DNA of 64,000 nucleotides from Panacagrimonas sp. (GTDB lineage Bacteria; Pseudomonadota; Gammaproteobacteria; Nevskiales; Nevskiaceae): NCBI GenBank assembly GCA_052386745.1, contig JBQTJW010000007.1, positions 117,998 to 181,997 of the forward strand, read 5' to 3'. Shown piece by piece: positions 1 to 8,126 of this stretch (position 1 is its first letter; each line of letters starts with the position of its first letter). The notes under the pieces were generated by a model. It saw only the letters and a program-made list of their open reading frames with translations, ran no database searches and was not told where the DNA came from. The position numbers and the translations under genes were made by a program.

Positions 1-1413
1 GAATACAGCATCAGGCTGACCAAGGCGCAGATGCTGCTGGTGGGAGACGAATGCCTGGAGACCCTGCGCTCGACGTCCTTCACGCCGGACACCGATGCCA
101 GCCTGCACTATTTCTGGGAAGGCAAGGGGCTCGTGCCCGATGGCTTCCTCGACCTGCGCGCCGAAGTGCTCAATGCATCGGCCAGCAACCCGCCGGAGAC
201 GGCCGCCATCCCGGCCAAGCGCGCCGCGTTCTATATCTTCACCTCCGGCACCACCGGCATGCCCAAGGCTTCGGTGATGAGCCACTACCGCTGGCTCAAG
301 GGCATGAACGGGCTGGGGAAGTCCGCGCTGCGGCTCAATGGCGATGACGTGTTCTACTGTCCCTTGCCGCTCTACCACAACAACGCACTGACCGTGTCCT
401 GGGGCGCCGCCATGAGCGTCGGCGCCACGCTGGCGCTGGGCCGAAAATTCAGCGCTTCCCGGTTCTGGGACGAGATCCGCGAAGTCAATGCCACGGGCTT
501 CTGCTACATCGGAGAAATCTGCCGCTACCTGCTCAACCAGCCGCCGCGGCCGGATGATCGGGACCACCAGGTCCGCGTGATCTGCGGCAATGGCCTGCGG
601 CCCGAAATCTGGGATGCGTTCCAGCAGCGTTTCGGCATCAAGCGCATCGCCGAATTTTATGGCGCCAGTGAATCCAACGTCGCATTCGTCAACTCCTTCG
701 GCCTGACCAGGACGGCGGGCTTTTGTCCACTGCCCTTCGCCGTGGTGGAGTTCGATGCCGAAGCCGAGCAACCCGTCCGCGGCGAGGACGGTTTCATGAG
801 AAAGGTGGCCAAGGGCGGTGTGGGCCTGCTCATCACCGAGGTGAGCGAAAAATTTCCTTTCGATGGCTACACCGATACCCAGGCAAGCCAGAAAAAGTTG
901 TTCGAAGACGTGTTCAAGGGTGGCGATTGCTGGTTCAACAGCGGTGACCTGGTGCGGGACCAGGGATTCCGCCACATCGCCTTCGTCGATCGGGTCGGCG
1001 ACACCTACCGCTGGAAAGGCGAGAACGTTGCCACCACGGAAGTCGAGGGTGCCCTCAACCGCCACCCGCAGGTCGAGCAGGCGGTGGTCTATGGCGTGGA
1101 AGTGCCGGGCTGTGAAGGCCGCGCGGGCATGGCGTCGCTCACCTGGAAAGGCCGCGCGTTCAACGGCAAGGCACTGGCGCAATTTCTCTCGGACGAGTTG
1201 CCCGGCTATGCCGTTCCGCTCTTCATTCGCCTGCGACCCGAGCAGGAACTGACCGGGACATTCAAGTTCCGCAAGGTCGAACTCAAGCAGCAGGGGTTCG
1301 ACCCCGCCCGCGTGTCCGAGCCGCTGTACGCACTGGTCGATGCAAAGAAGGGGTACGAACGGATCACGCCGGGCCTGTTTGCCCGCCTGGCTGGGCGGAC
1401 GGTCAAGCTCTGA
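1..1413 (+). CDS. FATP/FadD6-type long-chain acyl-CoA synthetase (5'-truncated by window edge)
   Basis: AMP-binding motif YIFTSGTTGMPKA and FATP signature DTYRWKGENV; frame is open from position 1 (EYSIRLTKAQM...). Confidence 0.9.
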   Translation, partial: EYSIRLTKAQMLLVGDECLETLRSTSFTPDTDASLHYFWEGKGLVPDGFLDLRAEVLNASASNPPETAAIPAKRAAFYIFTSGTTGMPKASVMSHYRWLKGMNGLGKSALRLNGDDVFYCPLPLYHNNALTVSWGAAMSVGATLALGRKFSASRFWDEIREVNATGFCYIGEICRYLLNQPPRPDDRDHQVRVICGNGLRPEIWDAFQQRFGIKRIAEFYGASESNVAFVNSFGLTRTAGFCPLPFAVVEFDAEAEQPVRGEDGFMRKVAKGGVGLLITEVSEKFPFDGYTDTQASQKKLFEDVFKGGDCWFNSGDLVRDQGFRHIAFVDRVGDTYRWKGENVATTEVEGALNRHPQVEQAVVYGVEVPGCEGRAGMASLTWKGRAFNGKALAQFLSDELPGYAVPLFIRLRPEQELTGTFKFRKVELKQQGFDPARVSEPLYALVDAKKGYERITPGLFARLAGRTVKL

Positions 1414-1426
1414 TACCACGTCCGCT

Positions 1427-1450
1427 CGAAGACACCCGGCTGCGTCTTCG
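1427..1450 (+). terminator. possible hairpin after the acyl-CoA synthetase
   Basis: CGAAGAC...GTCTTCG inverted repeat just after the stop; no U-tract. Confidence 0.25.
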
Positions 1451-1758
1451 GAGCATGTTGCGCCGACCCTGATTGGCCGGACTTCGCGGATCGCCGCTGA
1501 ACGGGTCGGCGTGTGCGGTGTCCGCTGTACATCCGCAGTACGCATTCGGCAGCGAAACGCCGAAGCGCCCGTTGCGCCTCGAGTCACCCGCAGAACCCAG
1601 AACCTTCGCTGCGCGGCGCCGCATGGCCCGGTATGGGCTCGAAAGGGCGCCGTGCCCGCGTCGTCCGGCAAAGGTGATGGCGAATGCCGATGTGATCCGT
1701 ACCTGCCTCCGGCGCTCCATCGGCGCCTCTGCGGTAGTTGATTCGTGTTACCGGAATG

Positions 1759-1809
1759 GCGCTAGCGCATCGCCGCTAGAAAACCCGCTCTAATGTTCGT
1801 GCGCTAGCG
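1759..1809 (+). promoter_or_regulatory. paired GCGCTAGCG palindromes, candidate operator of the downstream operon
   Basis: GCGCTAGCGC at 1759-1768 and GCGCTAGCG at 1801-1809 (42 bp apart), with TAATGT at 1791-1796 between them. Confidence 0.3.
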
Positions 1810-1916
1810 AAATCGTGCGGCTGTTGGAGACGCGCAGCACTGGCCACTATTGCCCCAGACCAGGCTCGCTCGTAACGAACCGACCCTGGGCCGATCAACT
1901 GTGCAGGAGCCAGCCG

Positions 1917-2999
1917 ATGAGCAACTCATTTGATTCCGATTCGATGGACGATTTTTCCGGCGACGCCGCCGCCGACCTCGCCGAGGGCGCTGCCGACGGT
2001 GACGGCTTCGAAGGGGACGGATTCGACGCAGACGGCTTCGACGACAGCTTCGACGAGGACGGCTTCGATGCCGTTGCCGAGGCTCCGGCTGCCCAGGCCG
2101 GTGATGCCTTCGACGAGGACGGTTTCGACGACGGTGGCGACGATGCCGATGCCTTCGAGATGGCGCTGGCCGACGCGATGGACGCCGAGGACAGCGGCGA
2201 ATTCTTTGGCCGGCTGCTCTCCGGCATCGGGCGGGTCGCGGGCCTGGTGGGCCGCGGCGCGCGCGGTGCGCAGGGACTCGCACGCGGCGTCCAGGGCGTC
2301 GCCCGCGGTGCGCAGGGTGTCGCGCGCACCGCTGCCAACGTGGCCAACCGGGTGGGTCGCGTGGCCGGGCAGGCGGGCCGTGTGGCCGGCCGCTTCGGCG
2401 GGATTGCCCAGCAGGTCGGGCGCGCGGCCGGGCAGGTGGGTCGCCTGGCCAACGCCGGCCAGCAGGGCGGTGCCGGGGCCATGCTGCCGATGCTGATGCA
2501 GATGCTCCAGCAGTACCAGGCGCAGGGCTTCGACGAAATGGACGCCTTCGACGACCTGGCCGACTGGTTCGAGGAGGACGGTGCGGATGCCGCCATTCCG
2601 CTGCTGGCCGGATTCGCCGCGCGCACCCTGGCCCGGCCGCTGATGCGCCAGGCCGGTGCCGCGCTGAGCCAGGGCGCGCGCCAGCGCATCGTGCGCGGCG
2701 CCACCCAGGCCGCGCGCACCCTCGTGCGGCGTGGCGGTCCGCGCGCCGTGCGTGCGCTGCCCCGGGTCACCCAGAGCGTGGCGCGCGTGGCCGCCCGGCG
2801 CCGGCTGCCGGTCCGCACCGCGGTGCAGAGCGCAACCCGCGCCGTGCAGCGCACCGCCGCCCGCGTTGCCGCGGAGCCGCGCCTGGTCCGGCAGCTGGCC
2901 GCGCGCCCCGCGGGTCGCCAGCCGCAGGCGCTGGGGGCCGCCGGCCGTCGCTTCCGCGTCGCCGGCCCGGTGGAGATCACCGTGCGCCAGCTGCGCTGA
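1917..2999 (+). CDS. hypothetical acidic/cationic block protein A (360 aa)
   Basis: AGGAG RBS at 1905-1909 before ATG 1917; host-like codon use; FDEDG repeats, Gly/Arg heptads, second acidic block, Arg-rich C-terminus. Confidence 0.85.
   Translation: MSNSFDSDSMDDFSGDAAADLAEGAADGDGFEGDGFDADGFDDSFDEDGFDAVAEAPAAQAGDAFDEDGFDDGGDDADAFEMALADAMDAEDSGEFFGRLLSGIGRVAGLVGRGARGAQGLARGVQGVARGAQGVARTAANVANRVGRVAGQAGRVAGRFGGIAQQVGRAAGQVGRLANAGQQGGAGAMLPMLMQMLQQYQAQGFDEMDAFDDLADWFEEDGADAAIPLLAGFAARTLARPLMRQAGAALSQGARQRIVRGATQAARTLVRRGGPRAVRALPRVTQSVARVAARRRLPVRTAVQSATRAVQRTAARVAAEPRLVRQLAARPAGRQPQALGAAGRRFRVAGPVEITVRQLR
2262..2450 (+). repeat. nine degenerate 21-bp (heptad) tandem repeats within gene A
   Basis: RGAQGLA RGVQGVA RGAQGVA RTAANVA NRVGRVA GQAGRVA GRFGGIA QQVGRAA GQVGRLA. 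Confidence 0.75.
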
Positions 3000-3044
3000 T
3001 TTCCACCCCTCAACCCATTGATCTACGAACCAGGAGCAAGAGCC

Positions 3045-4055
3045 ATGGATCGCTTCGACACCGATGTGATGGATGACCTGATGGATGCTGCCGACGCCCC
3101 CGCGGGCAGCGCGATGGACGATTTCGACGGCGCCGATGGCTTCGACGATTTCGACGGCGGCGACGAGGGCGATGCCTTCCTCGGTCGCATCATCGGTGGC
3201 CTGGGCAACCTGCTCGGCGGCGCCGGCGCGAATGCCTTCGACGAGGACGGCTTCGACGAAGACGGCTTTGACGACGGCTTCGACGAGGATGGTTTCGACG
3301 CAGCCGCCGACGACTACGATTCCTTTGACGACGCCGTTGCCGACGCGCTCGACGCCGAGGACGGCGACGAGTTCTTCCGTCGCATCGCGCGGCTCGCGCG
3401 CGGCGCGGCGCGCGGCATCGGTCGCGTGGCGGGCACGGTGGGACGGGGCATCGGCCAGGCGGCGCGCGTCGTGGGCCCCATCGCCAGCATGATCCCGCTG
3501 CCGCAGGCGCAGATGATCGGCCGGCTTGCCAATGTCGCAGGCCGCCTGCTGGCGGATGGCGCCGACGAGTTCGAGGCCATCGATGCCCTGGTGGAAGAGT
3601 TCGACGAGGAAGCGCTCGACGCGGCCGCGCCGGTGGTCGCCGGGCTGGCCCTGCGCCGTGCCGTGCCCAACGTCGCGCGCATGCCGCGGCCGGCCCGCCG
3701 GCGCCTGGTGCGCGCGGTATCGCAGGCCACGCGCACGGCGGTGCGTCGCCAGGGCGCTCCCGCTGCCCGCGCCGTGACCCGCGTCGTGCGCACCGCCGCC
3801 CGCGCCGCGCAGGCACGCCGGATCGCCCCGCGCACGCTGCCGCAGGTGGTTCGCCGCGTCACGCAGCAGGTGCTGCAACGCCCGGCCGCGGCACGTCCGC
3901 TCAGCCGTCCGCTGACCCCGCCGGCCCGGCGCGTGGTCCCGCGCCCGCGCGTGGCGGCGGGCGCTGCCCGGCGTGGCCACGTGTGCCGCCATTGCGGCAC
4001 GCACCAGCTGCACTTCCGCGGTCCGGTGCGCATTTCCATCCAGGGCCGTCGCTGA
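3045..4055 (+). CDS. hypothetical acidic/cationic block protein B (336 aa), paralog of A
   Basis: AGGAG RBS at 3032-3036; shares AFDEDGFD, ADAxDAEDxxEFF and C-terminal GPVxIxV/I motifs with A; CxxC near the C-terminus. Confidence 0.85.
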   Translation: MDRFDTDVMDDLMDAADAPAGSAMDDFDGADGFDDFDGGDEGDAFLGRIIGGLGNLLGGAGANAFDEDGFDEDGFDDGFDEDGFDAAADDYDSFDDAVADALDAEDGDEFFRRIARLARGAARGIGRVAGTVGRGIGQAARVVGPIASMIPLPQAQMIGRLANVAGRLLADGADEFEAIDALVEEFDEEALDAAAPVVAGLALRRAVPNVARMPRPARRRLVRAVSQATRTAVRRQGAPAARAVTRVVRTAARAAQARRIAPRTLPQVVRRVTQQVLQRPAAARPLSRPLTPPARRVVPRPRVAAGAARRGHVCRHCGTHQLHFRGPVRISIQGRR

Positions 4056-4122
4056 AGCGCAGGCGCTGCAACGCGGCAAGCGGGCCGGGCGCATCCCGGC
4101 GGCGGTGAGGCGGAGAACGGGC

Positions 4123-5454
4123 ATGTCGGCCAGGGCCTTCCTGAGAACCAAGATGCTGGGGCTGTCGGCCCGTCTGCGGCGGCTCTCGCGCGTCGAGCAC
4201 GGCTTTGTCGGCCTGCGCCCGCAGGACCTGCGCTTTGCTCCGTCCCGGGCGCACTTCGACGCCGCCAACGCCCGCCTCGCCGGCATCGAGCAGCAGGCCC
4301 TGGCCCGCTTCGCCAGGCTGGAACGCAGCTGGCAGCGGGCGCCGCTGCCGCAGGTGCTGATCGACATCGCCTACGTGGAGCGCGAGCTGGACCGGGCGCG
4401 GCGCGCCTTCGGCATGTTCTTCGAGGTGTTCGCGCAGCGCGGCACCAGTTTTGGATCGGCGATGGCGGCGCACGACGTGATTGCCGAGGACTGCTACGTG
4501 GCCGTGCGCCAGCACGCGCCGGATATCTTCCGCGGCCGTCTGCTCAAGCCGCTGTGCTACATGGAGCACGGGTTTTCGCCTGCCACCATGCGGCGTGGCG
4601 TGCAGCTCAACCGCCTGCTCGGCGAACCCAATCCCTTCCCCCTGATCCGCATTCCCTGGGACCGCGAGCATCCCTGGCAGTCGGTCTTCCTGCACGAGGT
4701 TGCGCACAACCTGCAGGCGGACCTGGGCATCTGGCAGGAGAACCGCGTGGCCGTGCTGCGCAGGGTGCTCACCGGTCTGCGCGAGCCAGCGCTGGCGCGC
4801 ATTTACGGGCTCTGGCACAAGGAAATCTTTGCCGACCTCGCCGCCATCCTGCTGGCCGGCCCGGCCGCCGCCTGGGGCATGGCCGAATTCCTGGCCCACC
4901 CGGTGCCGCGGGTGCTTACCTACCGTCCCGGCGGCGCGCATCCCACCGGCTACGTGCGCATCCTCATCTTGGCGGAAATGCTGCGGCGCATGGGCTTTGG
5001 CCGCGATGGCGAGCACCTGACCGAGGTGTGGAACACGCTGTACAACCCCAGGCGCGGTCACCGGCTGCCGGCGCGGCTGCTGCAAAGCAGTCGCGACGTG
5101 ATTCCGCAGATCGTGGACGAGATCGCCTTCCAGACCCGGCGCAATCTTGCCCAGCGCGCGCTGGTCGACGTCCTGCCGTTCACCGCGGCCGACGAGGCCG
5201 CCATCTGCCGTGCGGGCCGCGCCCTGTCGGCGGCGCAGCCCCCCAGCCCGGAGTTGCCGCCGCGGCACCTGGTGAGCGCTGCGGCCTACGCGCTTGCGGA
5301 CGGGCGCATCGGCCCGCAGCGGCTGTCCACGATGGTCACCCGCCTGCTCAACCGCGACCGCTCCGACACCCCCACCCCGGTGCCCGAAGTGCTGATGCGG
5401 GCGCCATCACCGTCAACGGCCCACCGTACTGCCGCGCAGCGCGTGGCCGCCTAG
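4123..5454 (+). CDS. putative zinc metallopeptidase (gluzincin-like, HEXXH)
   Basis: GGAG RBS at 4112-4115; FLHEVAHNLQ followed by KEIFAD (third-ligand ExxAD pattern); helical N-terminal region; no signal peptide. Confidence 0.7.
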   Translation: MSARAFLRTKMLGLSARLRRLSRVEHGFVGLRPQDLRFAPSRAHFDAANARLAGIEQQALARFARLERSWQRAPLPQVLIDIAYVERELDRARRAFGMFFEVFAQRGTSFGSAMAAHDVIAEDCYVAVRQHAPDIFRGRLLKPLCYMEHGFSPATMRRGVQLNRLLGEPNPFPLIRIPWDREHPWQSVFLHEVAHNLQADLGIWQENRVAVLRRVLTGLREPALARIYGLWHKEIFADLAAILLAGPAAAWGMAEFLAHPVPRVLTYRPGGAHPTGYVRILILAEMLRRMGFGRDGEHLTEVWNTLYNPRRGHRLPARLLQSSRDVIPQIVDEIAFQTRRNLAQRALVDVLPFTAADEAAICRAGRALSAAQPPSPELPPRHLVSAAAYALADGRIGPQRLSTMVTRLLNRDRSDTPTPVPEVLMRAPSPSTAHRTAAQRVAA

Positions 5455-5500
5455 CTGAAGCCCGATTTCACGAACGCATCGAGACCCCCAGAGGACGACC

Positions 5501-7393
5501 ATGACCACCCAGAGCAATGCATTCAACAGCAGCGATGGCACCGGCAACCGCCGCCTCGCGCTGGACAACCTCATTCGCCGGGAACTCAAGGTGGGTGATC
5601 CGAGCAACGCCGGGCAGATCGCCCAGGCCTTGCTGTCGCGCTACAGCGGCGACCCGCGCGCCCAGGCCATTGCCTCCGAGGCGCGCGGAATGCCGTTCCT
5701 CCAGACCCAGGCCCTCGGCCCGGTGACGGCACCCCGCAAGAGCGCCACCGAAGGCGACCTGATGGAGGCGATGGACGACGTCAACAAGGACCTGCAGGTG
5801 CTGCTCGACAGCAACCTGCTCAAGGACGCCGTCTCCGAGCTTCGTGGTTGGGCGGCCGGCATCCGGTCGGTGATGAACGAGGCCGTGCCCAGTGCGCGCC
5901 AGGCCATCGACCGCCAGCAGCGCGACAAGACCTTTGCCCTGCGCCGGCAGCTCGGCGATTACGCGCGCCTCGCGAGGCTCGCGGGTGTACTGACTCCTGC
6001 GTCGAATGATGACTATCGCAGCCTCGCCGGCAGCCTAGATGAAGTGGCCAACGTGCTTCTGGTGGTGATGGGTGAAGCGCTTTCGGAGCACGGACTGGAG
6101 TCCGGCGACTACATTCCGGAAGCGCCCCTTTCGGAACTCGAAGGCCGTCGCTCAATGGTTCTGTCGGCACTGCGCAATCTCACGGGTGGCGTTGCTGCCT
6201 CGCAGGATCAATCGACTTGGCCTTGGGGTATCAATGCTTACGGGCGCTTGCTGACTTTGCTCAACCAGGACGGTCAGGCCGAACTGCGCTCGCTGCTGAC
6301 CGAAGCGGAGCTGGGCCGAGTGATGGATAGCCTGGTGAGTCGTGCCGGCAATGGCGAGGGCGACGGATTGCGTGCACTCGGTGCGACAGCTCAGATCGAG
6401 CTAGGGCGCATGCGTCGCCTGATTGCCTACTGGCCGCGCTTGGGCACCAAGTCGCCGGCCATGGCCAATTTCCTGCGCGCGCTGGAACTATTCGTTGCGG
6501 CCTTTGACTCGTCAGCCGGCTCGCGACTGCTGGTAATTGCGCGCCCACCCATACTGGCTTATGGCATCGCGCAAAGACTGAACCGCGGGACACCAGCCCA
6601 GCGTTTGCAGATGCTTGCGCTGCTGCGCGCGCAGTTTGCCGCCGACGTGGATTGCTTCCTGGCCTGCGGTTGCGGCGACGATACCGAACAGCAGCGGCAG
6701 GTGATTCTGGACAAGCTGTTGTACGACCTGGACCGCAGCGTCGATCTCTACGCTCTTGGCATTGGACCACCTGTCGGCGTCCTCGGCGATTTCGGCCCCG
6801 TGGAATGGAGGGCACTGGGATACTCACGATTGTTCAGTCTGTCCGCGCTGGACATCAGAGGGTCGGCATTGCTGTCGGCGACCTCGGCCGCAACGAATGC
6901 AGGAGCGAATCCAGTGCAAGCGGCGGCAGTGGCAAATGCCGCTGTCGACGCCGCCGCGACGGGCGGCACTCAAGCGCAGGTCAATGCGGCCGCTGCGTCG
7001 GCGGCCAACCAGCAGGGCGCCTCAGTAGCGGTAGCAGCGGCAGTCGTCGCGGCGACGAGGATAGTTGTGACGCTGCACGGGCCACTCACAGAACTGGCAA
7101 ACAACACCGATATTCCTTCTGTGCCGGGAGATCGGATTCGCGAGGCCGCCACTGCGGAATTGCATGCCCAGGTCCTCGCCGAGGCCAATTGGTGGGTTAT
7201 GGTTGAAGCGATGTCTCCCAGCTGCAGCCGACAGCAAAGGTTGAGAGATGCTGTGACCGATCTGCTGAATCGCGCACGAGTCGATCTCGACGCGACCGAC
7301 GTGAATGCCCCGCAACTCCCCGAAATTCGCCTGCCTGCCGATTCCGCCACCGGCATGACAGTGCTGGCCGTCGGAACCGACGAAGTCTGGTGA
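5501..7393 (+). CDS. hypothetical protein (630 aa), largely helical, with Ala-rich insert and CxxCxC cluster
   Basis: GAGGA RBS; long ORF within the operon; CFLACGC motif; no recognisable family. Confidence 0.8.
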   Translation: MTTQSNAFNSSDGTGNRRLALDNLIRRELKVGDPSNAGQIAQALLSRYSGDPRAQAIASEARGMPFLQTQALGPVTAPRKSATEGDLMEAMDDVNKDLQVLLDSNLLKDAVSELRGWAAGIRSVMNEAVPSARQAIDRQQRDKTFALRRQLGDYARLARLAGVLTPASNDDYRSLAGSLDEVANVLLVVMGEALSEHGLESGDYIPEAPLSELEGRRSMVLSALRNLTGGVAASQDQSTWPWGINAYGRLLTLLNQDGQAELRSLLTEAELGRVMDSLVSRAGNGEGDGLRALGATAQIELGRMRRLIAYWPRLGTKSPAMANFLRALELFVAAFDSSAGSRLLVIARPPILAYGIAQRLNRGTPAQRLQMLALLRAQFAADVDCFLACGCGDDTEQQRQVILDKLLYDLDRSVDLYALGIGPPVGVLGDFGPVEWRALGYSRLFSLSALDIRGSALLSATSAATNAGANPVQAAAVANAAVDAAATGGTQAQVNAAAASAANQQGASVAVAAAVVAATRIVVTLHGPLTELANNTDIPSVPGDRIREAATAELHAQVLAEANWWVMVEAMSPSCSRQQRLRDAVTDLLNRARVDLDATDVNAPQLPEIRLPADSATGMTVLAVGTDEVW

Positions 7394-7418
7394 AACCCTA
7401 TCCGACCAGGAGCTTCTC

Positions 7419-8084
7419 ATGCCCACCCCATTTCAAACCCTCACCGACCGCATCCGCACCGGCCAGACCGCATTCCACACGCTGCAATTTCAAGCGACGG
7501 CCGCTGCTGCAACCGATGCCCGACTACAGAACATTGAGACGGCCATGGACATCATTTCAAGGAAAAGCCCGCCTGCGTTGACCAAAGTCGAAGAGAGTCT
7601 TGATCTCATCAAACAGGCAATAACGCGCATTGCCGACAAGCCCCAACCTTCTCTCGATGGCGTGCAGACGCAGCTGCAGCTGCAGAGGATCGAGAGCGCG
7701 ATCCGCGATGGGAATGAACCCCCGGCCGGCCCCTTGTCGGCCAGCGCCCGGCTGATCCTCAACTTCACCACGCAGCTGCGGGTGATCGTGCTCGACAAGC
7801 ATCGGCAACGCGCCGATCAGAAGCTCGGACAGCTGGAACATATCCAGAAGCAGCTTGCGGAGCGGTTCGCCGTGGGCAGCGAGGCTGCGCGGCAATGCCG
7901 CGGCATTCTGGCGCCGGCGCCGGACCTGCTCAAGAGCTTCGAGGGATTCTCGGTCCTTCCGAGCCTGGAACGCATTGACGCTTACGTGCAGACGCTGCAT
8001 CGCTTCGATTCCGAGGTGATGCGCCGGGTTCAGGACCCGCCGCCGGCGCCGACCGACGGCACTGCGGCCACCAAGAGCAAGTAA
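7419..8084 (+). CDS. hypothetical coiled-coil protein (221 aa)
   Basis: AGGAG RBS at 7408-7412; three LxxIE/VExA/S-type helical segments. Confidence 0.75.
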   Translation: MPTPFQTLTDRIRTGQTAFHTLQFQATAAAATDARLQNIETAMDIISRKSPPALTKVEESLDLIKQAITRIADKPQPSLDGVQTQLQLQRIESAIRDGNEPPAGPLSASARLILNFTTQLRVIVLDKHRQRADQKLGQLEHIQKQLAERFAVGSEAARQCRGILAPAPDLLKSFEGFSVLPSLERIDAYVQTLHRFDSEVMRRVQDPPPAPTDGTAATKSK

Positions 8085-8126
8085 TCGCAGACCCGACCCC
8101 ATTTCGCAGTCGTCAGGAGCACGCCC

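Noticed and set aside
1540-1690. GAAA-capped hairpins suggesting a c-di-GMP riboswitch or sRNA
   Set aside because: The conserved c-di-GMP-I junction nucleotides could not be matched by eye; an Infernal/Rfam scan would be needed
1473-1793. 106-aa ORF in the gap before the operon
   Set aside because: No RBS, weak codon bias and no protein-like motif; it overlaps the likely promoter region
2025-3300. TTCGACGAGGACGG repeats as a possible CRISPR or DNA-level repeat array
   Set aside because: The repeats are in frame, encode FDEDG, vary at synonymous positions and lack unique constant-length spacers; no cas genes are nearby
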